Notes under the pieces: generated by a model
Seen by the model: only the letters and a program-made list of their open reading frames with translations
Databases searched by the model: none
Told to the model about the DNA's origin: nothing
Program-made: the position numbers and the translations under genes
From: Marsupella aquatica
Taxonomy: Eukaryota; Plantae; Marchantiophyta
Direction: 5' to 3'
DNA length: 64,000 bases
Assembly: GCA_973895155.1 (NCBI GenBank)
Contig: OZ316892.1
Coordinates: 4,920,510-4,984,509 of the forward strand
Shown: positions 16,102 through 29,860 of the stretch, piece by piece
Layout: each line of letters starts with the position of its first letter
How positions within the stretch are numbered: the first letter of the stretch is position 1

Positions 16102-19100
16102 ATGATGTTGCATGGATTCGGGGTGCAAGCGGCACCACCGGCCCAAGCTCTTCTCCTTTGTTCCAGAGGTGCCGCCGGTGGCACTCCCATCGTCAGGAGA
16201 AGCGGTGGGAAGTCTTGGAGCTTGCATCCTCCGGATCCGGATCCCAGTCAAAAACTTCGCAGGTGGAAAGGAGCACGAATTACCGACGAGCGCACTCTTC
16301 TTCCCCTGAATTCTCTTATAAGATCACCATCACCGTCTATCTCATTGGATCAAGGCTCTGTGATTGCCCGTCACTCGTCGCATAATGGAGGTTTGCATGC
16401 AGACGACCATGCCGACAAGGGACTGCATTCTCACGACGATCACGAGCACGGCCATGACGAAGAGGCAGAAGATGATCATCATCACGCAAAATGTGAAGCT
16501 CAGGACAATTTGCACTTGCATGAATCCGAAGATGGACACGAGCATCACGACCACGACCACGACCACGACCACGGAGAAGGCCATGATGGGCACCATCACG
16601 AGCATAGCCATGGTCACCATGGGCACACGCATGCTTCGTCCTCGAGCAATTTGAATGGGACACAGAAATCGGTGCTGAAGGTTTGCAATGTGCTGGGGTT
16701 AGGGTTCCTGGCCGACATGTGGCGAGACAATCTCAAAGTCTGTGTAGCTTCGCTCGCATTCCTACTTCTCGGTGCGGCAGCGCCTTATGTCCTGCCTCAA
16801 TCAGTTGGAGCAACTGTTCAAAGTGCTTTGGTTCTGCCTGCCCTGCCGCTCACGGGGGTAAGCGTTCTCTTCTTTGCAAAGCCTTTCGTTCTTCAACGCA
16901 CACTCATCATTTTGCACTTCTCCGGAGAAGCATAATTACCCTTGCAGCCTCGGAGTAGGCAGCACGAGCTGGCGATCACTTTGAGGACGGATCAGAAAGG
17001 AATCAACGATTAATTCCCTTAGGGGTCCTTCTGGGTAAAGAGTTGCTGAACATCATTATTCTTAGCAACTGTCACTGGCCATTGGGAAGTTCAAATGATT
17101 GCAAGTTTCTTAAATAATAAGTGTAAGATTGATTCTCATTCACACCTGTTAATGACAGTTTTAAGGGTCCGCCAGGCATTTGGTTCTCTGTGAATCTCCA
17201 CATAATGTTTTTCCCATGTCACGTCACATATGATTTGCACCACTTAATCCAGGGTTGAAGTCTAAATTCGGGTGAAAGCAGCTTTGAAGAGTGCAGAGTA
17301 AATTTGCTTTATGGTTGTAAAGGTAGAGTTTTTGTGTGGACTTCCTCCCCGTCAGGTTGGTAGGTGGAACAGGTTAATTCTTCACCTAGGCTTTGCTGCA
17401 AAAACCACAATAGACGTTCCTTTTGACGAATAAGTGAACCTTTGTGGTATTTTGGCTGCAGGTGCCAGCTGTTATGGATGCAGCGATTGACGTTGCCGGC
17501 GGTAGGATAAATATCCATGTTTTGATGGCGGTAGCAGCCTTTGCATCAGTCTTCATGGGGAATGCTTTGGAAGGTGGCCTCCTGCTTGCAATGTTCAGCT
17601 TATCTCATCAAGGTGAGCGGAGTGATATGACAATTTCTGAATATTGTCCTTAGGAGATGAACAATTAAAGGTCGGTTCTTCGAACCATTCACCGTCACTC
17701 TTTTGATGTCGAGAAAACAGAGTCTGATAACCTGTTCGATGCCAAACAATCCTAATGTAAGGCAATGAGACATGTCATTGAGTAGGCAGGTCCTACTCGT
17801 TTTTATGGGAAAGCTGTGTGCAAGCTCACATGTTTAGTTGTCATGCTGACCGCCTTTGCAGCTGAGGACTTTTTCACTGAAAAAGCAATGGGTGATGTGA
17901 AAGCTCTGAAAGAAAGCAATCCCGAGTTTGCGCTGGTACTGGAGCCATTTGATGTCTCATCGCCTCCACCATTCTCAGCGATGGTACACAAAAAGACGCC
18001 TGTTCATCTCGTGGAGATTGGGTCCTACATGTTTGTCCAAGCCGGAGAGGTGTGTCTCATCTAGATCTGACTTTCCAGATGGGGAGGTGCAGTTCTTTGA
18101 AATATCGGAAATTTGTCCAATGCTTGAGTTGGGGTCAGTGTCAGCTTACTTTTGAATATGTTTTGAGTTTAACATAAGAATCCTTTCTGGATGATGTAGA
18201 CAGTACCTGTAGATGGTGAAGTTTATCAAGGCAGAGCAATGGTCTCTGTTGAGCATTTAACCGGTGAGGCCCAGCCCATTGAGAAAGGAGTCGGGGCGGA
18301 GATTTCGGGAGGTGCGAGAAGTATTGATGGTGTGATGATTGTTAAGGTAAAGCTGATGGTCTGTTGATATCATGTCGTACGTAAATGAATGTAGTTCTAG
18401 GGCCAAGTCTGTTTGAATGTAATTGAGGATGCTTCTGGCCAACTACTCTTATCTTAAAGTGGGGTTTAATTTTCAGGTGTTACTCGCAATTTGGCTTGAT
18501 ATCGATTGGAAGGGCATATTTTGGTAGAAGTAGTTTCTAGATCACTCACGCAAACTAAAGAACAAGTTACAAGTTGTACTTCTTGTAAACATAAAGTTTC
18601 ACCCAACATTTCCTGTAGCGTTATGGCAGTATCCGCACTGATTTAGCACTGCGATCTAATTTCAGTCATAATACAATGGATGCTACTATGGTGAATTCCT
18701 TGCGAAGTAAATGTGCATATAAAGTTACAGAGCCCTACTGTTTGGTAATTCTTCAAGCTGAAGGGAATTTGGTAACCCGGCAGGCAACAAAGAAGTGGAA
18801 GGACTCAACTGTTGCAAGGATAATGAAGTTGACAGAAGAGGCGCAACTTAATAGACCAGTGCTCCAGAGGTGGTTGGATGAGTTTGGTGAACGATACAGC
18901 CAGGCAGTGATAGCCATGTCGGTTGCTGTTGCTCTTCTGGGTCCTCTGCTATTTAAGTGGCCGTTCTTTAGCAGTCCAGGTATGTTTTTATTTCTACGAA
19001 TTTTTGATGTCAAGGTTCGCATCTATTTACATGTCAAGTTTGTTCGTGTACATGATTGCAAGATCGATACATCCTTGTAGTTGTACAGATAGCTTCTCGT

Positions 19101-22100
19101 TGTGGCTTCAGACATGTGTGATTCCATCTACGTGTATGTTGTTATTGTTTTATGAGCTTCTCTCTATATCGGAAGGTCAACTCTGGTGTTCGAATTGTAA
19201 GACAATAAGGCCTTTTTCGGAGAGAATTTCTGAAATATTTGGATGGTTTATCTGTCAGCCCGTTCTGAAAAGAGTATAGTTGTGGATGATTTTACAGGTG
19301 TCCGTGGCTCAATATATAGGGCTCTAGGGCTTATGGTAGCTGCTTCACCGTGTGCATTGGCAGTGGCACCATTAGCATATGCCACAGCAATCAGTGCGTG
19401 TGCAAATAGGGTGAGTTGGAATTCTCAACGTTGTTAAGATAGTTCTGTCTCTCCTGGAACACTCACGTCTTTTAACACGTGATTAATTGCTCCACTCCTG
19501 GTATAAATTGTGATATACGCTCTGTTTCAGTGGAGCAAAGATATACTGCATAACATCACCCGGCGCTTAGTGCACCTACCACAGTCAACTTGTAGTAGGA
19601 GTTTCCATTTGGCCATGAAGTAGCAGCTGTACTTCCAACGCAGTTAGCCGTCTCGAAGCAGGGATTGGAGAGTACTCATCCATCTTGCCCGTTATGTCAG
19701 GGAATCCTATTGAAAGGAGGGGAAGCTCTTGACGCACTTGCAAGGTGCGATACAGTGGCATTCGACAAGACAGGCACTTTAACCACGGGTGACTTGACAT
19801 GCAAAGCCATTGAGCCTCTTTACGGACACTGTCAAGAGCCGAGCAATTCCACTGATGATGCTTGTTGTTCTCCGGACTGTGAGGGGGCGGCCTTAGCTGT
19901 AGCAGCTGCCATGGAGCGTGGTGCAACACATCCCATTGCTCGGTAATTCCTGGATTTTGAGTTGCTTTGCTGTCTTTATCCTTTCGGTCTCTCTATTTTA
20001 ATAAAGGCTGACGTCAAGTCTTAAACATTGCAGGGCGGTAGTCGAACATAGTGAAAAGAGGAAACTTCCTGGTGTAGTTGTTGCCAATTTTCATACGATT
20101 CCAGGAGCAGGTCTGGCTGCCAGTGTGATTGAAGCCGAGGTAAGATAACGCTTTTGAGTCAGTATGTTTATATGCTTCATCCGACTCGAAATCAATAATA
20201 TCTAAAAATGAATGCTTCCTGGATGCTTTACATCATATCTACCGTCAACGGATTCAGTTCAAAGCTGGAGGATATCCCAGTTTCTTGCAGTCTCCTTTTG
20301 TTGACCATATTGTTGGACCTGTTCCAGTCAGGAGCAACCAGCCCATCGGAAGCTTTGCTTGGTTCTGTGGATTACGTTGCCACGTCATCGGAATCCTCTG
20401 AGTCTAACATCAGAGAGGCAGCAAAAGCGTCATCGTATGGAAGTGAACTTGTACAAGCTGCATTATCTGTAAACAACAAGGTATCCCTCTACAATCCAAA
20501 GTATGCACACAGGGTGGCTGTTTTTTTTCATAGTCTCGTTGTTTTATTCCAAAAGCTATTCAAGAGTAAACGTTTGTACCTATATTAGTTTGCCAGAAGT
20601 TGGATAATCTCCGTTATTACTGTAAATCGTGTGGAATGTGGATTGTGTCGTGATGAAACGCTGATATTTGAAGGAAGAGTCGTTTGTTTTGTTCGTTTTC
20701 ATCTTGGCCTCGTGGTGTTACGATTTTCAATCAGCTAAAGGGGAATCGATACCTGATACTGACAAGTGAAGCAGGCTGACTAATTGGATTCATTTGTCAG
20801 GATTCTCCTGTTTTTTTCACTGTGTGCTTTGATATCTAGGGTTGATCGCCTCCAGTGATTAAAATATGTCGCTTATCATGGCAAGAGAGAAAAGATACTG
20901 AAATGTTTGTATGCAATTGTGGCATCGTGTAGGTGACATTGTTTCATTTTGAAGACAAGTTGAGGGTCCACGCGGCTGATGTTATAGAATCATTGAGAGT
21001 AAAAACTGGGTTACGGTTGGTAATGCTCACTGGAGATCATGCTGATAGTGCGCGAAGAGTAGCCAAAGCTGTCGGTATTGAGGAAGTTTACTATGATTTA
21101 AAACCTGAAGACAAATTGCATAAAGTGAAGGACTTGTCGAGGCAAAGGGGTAAATTTCTTAACAACTGTGTGCCATTGGTGACACTGTCACCTCTAGTTT
21201 ATAGTATGGAGCTGGAACATGTTGTGTACTATGACTGCTGGTTTATCTTTGCAATTCTTCAAAGCTTAGGACAGCTTTCAGGTCGAGGTTCTGACAGGAG
21301 GCCCCTTCACCCACCTGTCTCTGTTGTATTGAGCAGGATTAGAAGGTTCCTGATGTTGATCTTGTTACATAATTTTGGTCTCTAGGAGGAGTTTTTGAGC
21401 CATTATATTCGCTACTTTGCATCTGGTTCTTACGTGATCCTATTTATTGTCTGAGAGCAGTAGTGAATGAAAACTATCCTTTTGGGACACTAAAAGGGGA
21501 CACTATAAGTAGCGTCTTTTATCATAAGTCGGTGTCCAGAGAACAGTAACGAAGATCGATTTATGGTGAAGGACCTTTGGTTCCTTTAGGGCACAATGAA
21601 GAGCGTGCTACTTTAATTATGTCCTCTGCTATTACTCTACTCTCTGAAACAGAAAGATATGGGAACAGAAATACGTGGAATGGGAGGAATGTGGAATTCT
21701 CGAATTGTGGAATTAAATTTAGTGTTTGATTGATTCTATTGGTAGATAAAAGTTCCGGGGGGCTCATCATGGTCGGAGATGGAATCAATGATGCACCTGC
21801 ACTGGCGGCTGCAAGTGTTGGGATCGTACTTGCAAAGCGGGCAAGTGCAACAGCTGTAGCAGTTGCAGATGTTCTCCTTCTTCAAGATGCATTAGATGGT
21901 GTCTTCTTTGTCATTGCTAAAGCCCGGCAAACCGATGCTTTGGTAAGGATTCTTTTTGTTTTTCTGGTATGTGGAATTTATAACATTACCTGTGTTTCAT
22001 CTAGCAAACTGTGGAAAATAGAGGATAGGATTCTGAAAATTGTGATGCTAATAGGTGAAACAAAACGTGGCACGATGTCCTGAAATTCTATAGGATATGG

Positions 22101-22693
22101 ACTATAAGGACCTAACGTTCTGATGCCACCAGGTGAAACAAAGTGTTGCACTTGCACTTTCCTGCATATTTTTGGCAAGTCTTCCATCAATTTTGGGTGT
22201 TTTGCCTCTCTGGCTGACGGTATGCACCTGCACCTATCTCCTTTATAATGATGACTACCAATGGGAGTAGAGGTGTCTTTTGGCCTGACCCATTTGTATG
22301 CTCAGTTGTCTCACTAATGATTCTTCTCGTTCTGTTCTTCTGTGATCTGCTGACTACAGCAATGACTTTCTTTTATTTATGCAAAATGACGAAATAGTCC
22401 TACCCTGTGACAAGTAGGTCTGACCAATTCTGTAGTGCATATATTTCATATGGTTAGTACTAAAATCATCAAATGATTAAAAAGGGCTCAATTTGTCGCA
22501 GGTTCTCCTTCATGAGGGTGGAACATTACTTGTTTGCGTAAACTCTGCAAGAGCATTCCATGATCCAACAGGATCATGGGAGTGGACGGAGGCATTGTCT
22601 AAATTGTTCAATAGAAGCTTATCAACATTGGCACAGTTATTGAGGAAAGATTCTCCACCTGCAATTCAAACTGCCACTTCTGTCGCCAGATAG
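16102..22693 (+). CDS. HMA1: P1B-4-type heavy-metal-transporting P-type ATPase, HMA1-like (probable plastid transit peptide, His-rich N-terminus), about 914 aa
   Basis: Exons 16102-16857, 17462-17612, 17862-18049, 18200-18346, 18784-18979, 19298-19410, 19701-19942, 20034-20139, 20328-20480, 20933-21149, 21746-21942, 22133-22219 and 22502-22693 total 2745 nt. Motifs TGE, SPC, DKTGT, HP, TGD, GDGINDAP and HEGGT; SPC plus HEGGT defines P1B-4. Confidence 0.95.
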
Positions 22694-23885
22694 CAGTCTG
22701 ATGGTCGAAGTAGACCCCGTGTTGTATCAAAATTGTATCCTAGTCTGTTCAGAAGACTTGTGTAGTAACTCAACGAAATTTTGAAGGCTGCTGCAAGAAG
22801 GATGTTAGTCTTGTGGCAGATCTTCAATGTGAGAAAGAAACGAGTCATTCCGGGCCATTTAAATCGTGTATAGATTGTGACATAAGGCGAAGCCTTCCGT
22901 GTGTATTGATTAGTTCTATTTGTATATTTGATAAGGAGTAGAAAGATCTCACTTTTCTGATGAGCTTCTTGTAATGACTTGCATTTCATCGAAGTACTTT
23001 TCCGTGAAAGGACATTCCTGCATCTTGGAGTAACATAATTTAAGCATTCTTCAAGATTGTCCAGGATAGTTAACTCCCTTCGGCTCTTGATACGGTTTGG
23101 CATTATTTGACAGCGTTTCGATGGATTGATCTCTGGCTTAGATGCATCATCTATCGAGAGTGCTGCCAGGGGTGAAGAACCCGTGGTCTCCGGCAGTTTC
23201 CTGCGTTGGAGGTTACTTGGTGGAAGGGTTCTTTATCATGGGGTCGTGTGTGATGGTGAGACAAAGCACATGGTGAGACCATGTGATGCTTTGTGTATGT
23301 GCCAAAGCACATGGTGTCCGCCGCTAATGCTTTGAGCTGGGGTAACAAGCGTCTAGTTAGACAGTGAGGACTATGAGAGGTTCTCGAGGAATAGGAGAAT
23401 GGCTGCTGTGCGGCATTACTTGGGAGTCGCTGTTGGTAGGATGCGTACTGGAGATGATCAGGAATGCGGAGTGAAAAGCAATTAGATGAAGGACATCATC
23501 GGTGTGGAAAGTCCCTTTTTTTGCTGCAAGGTTGTAATAAAATTTTATAAACAATCCTGAAATCTTGATAATGTTGGGCCCATGGCTGGGTTGTCATCAC
23601 TTTACTTGCGGAAGTTACTTCTGGGTTAATTGGTTACTCTTAGCCATTATCCAATTTCGCAGAAAGCCGCACGATGGTCCATGTTGGGCAGACCCATTGA
23701 AAGCTAAAAGAGCTGTTTTTCTACCTACATAAGTTACTGTCCCCTGCCTTTCAACCTGAGAAACAAATCGTTATCCTGTGATCAATAGGGTTCGCATTCC
23801 TTACTGAATCAAGATCACTTTGAAGCTACCTCCTTGAATGTCCACTCTCGAAATCAAACTCTGAAGGAGAGTTCCGTGGGAGGAT

Positions 23886-26800
23886 CTAAGCTACTTCTGG
23901 AATTCCACGTCTATCGATTTCCAGGATTCTACTTTCTACATAACCGTGACCCTCGACAGTAATTTGGTCGTCATAAACATGGACGAACCCATGTGCTTCG
24001 CTCCCTGTTGGAGCCTCTATTATGGATTGAACAGTGACAAAGTGCTGTTTTCCTTGTCGTGCATAGCCTCCCTTATGGTAGTGACCTGCGTCTCATGCAC
24101 GCATCACCACCAAAATGTCAGGATCCACCCACCTGACAATTGCCCGGTAATTTCTGTGCCGACTTTAGTTTCCATGTACACATATTCAAGAGGTCCGGGT
24201 TCACAAATGTAAACTGCTGTAGTACGTGGAAGGAAGATTGGACTAGACAAGTTTTTCGGCATGAAAGCTTGATGGTAGGGGGAAGTTCTATTTTGGGGGT
24301 CTTACCGCAGAGGTATAGCACCACAGCTGGACATCCCAACAGCATCGGTACAATCTTTCGAGAAAAGAACCACGATAGAAGGTTCCCATGTCAGAAACTG
24401 AGAGTCTCAGCTTATTACCACACAGAGCAAAGATTCTATAACACGAGGCACAGAAAAGAAAGAAGAGGAAACATCATCGTTGCCTTTGCCTTCCAATCCA
24501 CCTATGAGCAAATGAAAAACATCTCCCGATTGAATCTGAGCGTTGATGTAGCCACGTGGGGTACAAAGTAAAACAAACTACCTCATCAAAATTCCACATG
24601 AGAAGTGTATCAGGTGCTGATCCGCGAAGAACCGGTATGTGAGATGCCACAATTAGCCTGGTTCCATCTCTACCAACCCAGAGTAAGCAACCATTAGGTG
24701 CCAATCATTGATAAATTTGTCCAGCTGCCTTCCGAAGACTGCAAACTACATAATCTGCTGTTGAGGCATTGATTATCAGGCCAAGATAAATACTTACTTC
24801 CCCATCATCTAATAAAATCACGCAACAATTGGCAAAATATATCAAGGACATAATCTGACTCTCCTCCGTAAGATCCAGGAATTGGGGACATGATTTCACT
24901 GAAATGAAAAAAGGTTTTTCTGGATGATTCGTACCAGATGCAAATCATTGACATCTCTGGGGACAAAGCCAGAAGTTTTAGGCTGCATAAATGTCTCAGA
25001 TGAAGTTGTAGTCTCACCTTTCTGCATCTTGAAGGACACCAGCAAGCCAAGCCTTCTGGATTGATCCGATGCCACCATTCCATTTAACCATTTGATTGGA
25101 GTCATCAGTTACAATAGGATGCTCTTCCAGAAATGCCATTGCTTCCTGATTGCTTTCAATAAAGACATGGATGCCATGAGTGTTGCGACAGAAGAATTGC
25201 AAACTTAGCCTCTGACACAGAATCGACATTCCTAGCAGCCGTGTAACCGATTGGCAAGTGCTCACTTTCTGGGCTTCGACAAGCACTTTTGGTACGTTAT
25301 GCCTGCTTTCCCCAAATCATACAGAAGTAACTGAAAAACTACTAGACTTGCAGTAGAGTTGTAAGCCAATACACCCCCGCCCTAAATGTGAAGTCAAGTG
25401 AGGAATCACAATGAACTTTGAGCTGAAGCATATTTACACGGAGCTCAGCACCTTGTATTGCTCAGAGTCAGGATGCCACACCACGCTCAGATCCATTGAG
25501 TCTAGTACCACCTTCAATTGGAATGACAATTCCTCAGCCATGAGCAACTGTGAGCTTTGCAAATACTAGAAAAGATGGAGGCCTAGTTTTGCTACTTAAG
25601 AGCTATAATCCTGTAAGTAACATGAAAAGAAGCTCTGCTGACAGCCTACAAAATTATAACATACCAATGCCCATCCCGGATAGATGTCTTTCCTGTAATA
25701 ACGAGCCGTAAGTCCCAACTCCTTCATGATAATCTCTCGTGTTACCGTCAGGCAGTGATTTCCTAACAGATGATAAGTTGGCAACGTGAGCTGCATCACG
25801 GAGGTCATCGGATGTCACTCCATCTGCTGCTACAGATGATAGTAAGAATTCGAAACGATGTACTATTGGTCACATGCGCACTCGTGTTTATCATAAGCTT
25901 CAAAGGCTTGGAATCCGGAAAAAGGTAGGCAGACCGAGAAATAGTACTCCCGTGAAGGCTAAGTGAAAGTTTGTAGCAAGGCGAGGAAAGGAAGAATAAG
26001 CTGAATTCAGGAGGATTTCGAAATGTGAGAAAGAGGTGATCAGACAAACCTTTTCCAGCCTTACAAGGACTTCTTGCAAGTCTTTGTAGGTTAGCTCCTG
26101 CGTAACATTCCCTTCGACAATATCCCCAAGAGTAAGAACACATCTGTACCAAGAGAGGATGAAAGGTTTTAAGGTCCACTGGAGCAAAAATGTATGAAGA
26201 CTGCTCTGATGCAAAAGTCATAGAGATAAAGTGGGCAGGAATATAAGCAATCAAAACAGACGGGAATATGCGCTCAGAGGTAGCGAAGTGCATGAAATGT
26301 CCAGGAATGTTTGGAGGATTGACTTACAAAATTTCATCCTTTCGCGAATTGAAGGCTTCAATTGCTTTCTCCAGCTTCCCTGGAGCTTCTCTGTACCTCT
26401 TGCAATGCCCCTTTCTATCTGAAACAGGAATAACCCACCCGATTTTCAAATTTCATGATTAATCGAAAAGTTCTTACAAACAATCCGCCTCCCCTGTTCC
26501 CCCGTCTGGCCACCAGATCAGAGGATTAGTTCATTTGTAAATATTAAAAATGCTGGCAGCGTCAATCATAAAAGAGAGGCTAATCGATCCCCTACTTCTT
26601 GAGGACGGCAAACTAGTTTATCCGTTCCTGCTTCTTGTGTCTTGCCTTTTCTACAATTCATGTCCAAATTACTATAAGGTTCCACGGGATGGGCATTTGA
26701 AGACAAAGTGCAAATCCTCTCGCCCATATAGGTCGTTGGACAGATCGTCAGAAAAACCATGTGCCTCTCACATTGAAATCCATGTAGTGTCTGCTGGCGT

Positions 26801-27087
26801 GTGTTTCAGAGGAAAACCAATCTCCCTTTCTTGTGAATACTCGTTCTTATTTAAAGTGTCCTCGTTAAACTAACTGATTGCCTGGATTGCTGCCACTATG
26901 GTGTTGCTTCACAGCATGGATTCTCGGCTTAAAGTCTTCCAAAGTTGTAGATACAGTAATTGCACTAAGCTGAAAAGACTTTATACGTACCAGGTCCCAC
27001 TGTGTCTAAGTCCCCATACTGAATATCTGCGACGATTCCAAATGAAAAGAGGGGTTTCCTTGCCTGCCCTTCGCCAGCTTCAGCCAT
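23886..27087 (-). CDS. ADPRM: Manganese-dependent ADP-ribose/CDP-alcohol diphosphatase-like metallophosphoesterase, about 344 aa, 12 exons
   Basis: Minus-strand GT-AG exons 27087-26991, 26790-26772, 26650-26596, 26505-26478, 26418-26328, 26143-26050, 25790-25665, 25511-25452, 25145-25018, 24669-24582, 24354-24306 and 24085-23886 total 1035 nt in frame. Motifs FSFGIVADIQY, LGDIVEG, LLGNHC, VVLDSMD, WNGGIG..QKAWL, ASHIP, LMWNFDE, CGHYHKGGY. Exons 2-4 are the least certain. Confidence 0.88.
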
Positions 27088-29860
27088 CTCTGCCAAATCC
27101 CGGCTGCCCTAGGGATCAGCACAAGCCCCTTCCAAACGCTTTGTTGTGGATGAATTGCGCCTTCTGTATTTGGCAGTAGTCCCTACGGCACCACACGCAG
27201 TAGTGAACTGAGAAATAGAGTCAGCAATTTGCAAAGGGTCAACAGATTGAAGAACAACAGAACACCAGACACAACCAAAGGACCAAAGGACCTGAGAATT
27301 TGACGTAATCAGGAGCTGGGACAATCAATTATAAGATTTTTTGCCGAGAGCCAATGAAACACTGAAGAGATTTGACCTACCAGAGACACGGACAGGGATT
27401 TTGAAGGATACTAGCCCGTAGGCCCGGTGGCTGATTGAAATCAACGCACAGAATTCAGAGAAGGGAAACGAATTGATGACTGGGGAGAGAAAGAAATACA
27501 GACGGGAGCCATAAATCCCGTGAAATCTGAGAGACCCAGAATTGCAGAGTTTACTGCTTACCTCAGCTGGTGCTCTTTCCACACGTGGTGAGATTAATAG
27601 AGAAATATATTTTCCATGTCTTCAAGGAAAACTCTTGGTGGGTAGCTTGCCTTCTTCCTTTGCTCCACCTGTACTCATAGAACGCAACCCCTCTCAACGA
27701 TGTTTTCAACTAGAATGAGAGAGCATGGGCTTAGGATTCGCATCTAGATCTTGACCAGCTCTTCTCTGTTCAACTATACATGTTCATGGTTGCAGAGAGA
27801 TCTTCATTCTTGACGGGTCAAGCAAATTTTTCATCCATTTGCTATTGTGCTCTTCCAGAATGCAATGAATGTAAAGATTCCGTCGAAGGATGGACTGGAT
27901 CAGCCAAAGCCGATTTGTCCATGCTGTCGCTGGGAATATAATTCTTGTGTATATTCTTCTGATACTTTTGATACTTTTGATTCCGCACTCAAATCCACTT
28001 TCTGACTTTACCTGAACTAGCCCAACTACGGAACTACCCGTTCCTTGAAGGTTGTTAATAGAGACTAAGATAAAAAGAATCTAGAGAAAACATCCAGTTC
28101 TATTTCCTTTTCATCTTTGCCCCCATCCCTCTATACAATTTGTTTCCCTCATTATTGTTCCTCCTCATTTTCAATTTTGTCCTTAATTGGTCATTGTCAG
28201 TTTTGTCCCTTACTGAGAGTTAAGGGCTAAAGGCTTCATTCTAGACGGTAGTACTGAAAAGTAACTTTGCGTCACGGTTTATTAACCCAATCACCTGTTC
28301 CTTGAACATAAATACTGTAGATATGAACATAACAACAAAAACATCTTGCTTTGGTCAGAATATAGGCTGAATTAATGACATTGTATAATTCATCTCAGCT
28401 CCATTATCTCATATTAACTTTGGTGACACTTATCTATGCTGCAATCCTCAGATGATTAATGCCTGGAAATTTTTATCCAGACCCTAGCAGTTCCTGCAGG
28501 TGGCTCTCTCTAAGTGCACACTCCATCTTGATCTAGTCTCATTGTGGTCAACTATCATTGAAAAACAATGTGTTTGCTGGAAGTGCTTGTTTAGACTGTC
28601 ATTGACCATCCGTTGTGCATCCTGGGATTGGGTGACTGCTTGCCTTACATACATTGCCAGGTTGCAGAGTTTCATTTTTGTCTTGATCTAGATGACAAAT
28701 GTTTTGGCCAGCTTGATAGGTGGAAGAAATTGAACAGGACATTTAGTCCAGATGGCAAATGGACCTATATTGACGGGAAATGCTATGTTGAGACAGTGGA
28801 GGGTGAAGTAGACCAGGCAGGAAGCTCTCAGTAGAGAGGGGCACCTCAATCCATATTGCAGTTGGAGCTGAAGAAGTTGTGTACCCGGGTTGTGTAGTCT
28901 GGAACTGTAGTCCACTTCCTTTTAAGAAGCACTGGACACAAACTGGTGTGTAATAAAGTTTCATTTCATGGATTCTTTGTGTGATCTGAGTATACAGTTT
29001 ACAATGTGCATGGGGAGTTTTGGAGTCCCTATTGTTGTCCATTCACTCTCTGGTGCTGAATCTGCCATTGCCAACACAACTTGGTATCCAAATCAGTGTA
29101 AACCCTTAATAATTACACATATAACTCCTCTCACGTCAAGTGCTTGAATGCAAATGGCAGTCTGTATGATAAATAGACCGAACATCTACAGTCCTTAATG
29201 CCCCTTGTGATATTGGAGAGGATTTGGATCAACTCATGAAGAAGATGCTGCTCTTTTTACTAAAATTAGTAAAATAAAATTCTCATAGACCCCTTAGGAT
29301 TAAGGTCCTGTTACCAGAGCATTAGGGGCTTTAATAGAAACTCACAAGCTATTAGCCTGAATTCTCATTTTAAGGGGCATTATATCGTATTTCACTATGC
29401 CCTCTAAACAGAATTCTACCATATAGATAATGCCCTTCTGACTCTAATTTATTAAAATAATAATAATGAAAAATACCTTAGACCCCTTTAAATGTAGTAA
29501 TGTCCTGTTCCAATGCAGGAGATTACTATATTCTTAAGTGTAACTTGTTTAACTACATTCAGTGATTAAGCCTGACAATATCAAGGGCGCTTATGATAAC
29601 TGCACTCTTTAGGGGGTGTGCACTTATCAAGAAATGCAACACTTGATTAAGTGCATGCCAGAATGGTCTTCCAGAGAGCATGCACTTAGAGAGAGTTAGA
29701 TCTACCATGGACATCATTTGCTTGAATCATTGCCACTTACTTTCAGGTTTGTGGTATTGCGTCTAGCAATCTAACATGCATTGGCTGATCATGACCAAAT
29801 TCATTGGAATTGCGAAGTATGCATCAGATCATTAAGCACTGGGCAAGTATCCCTTTGCAG

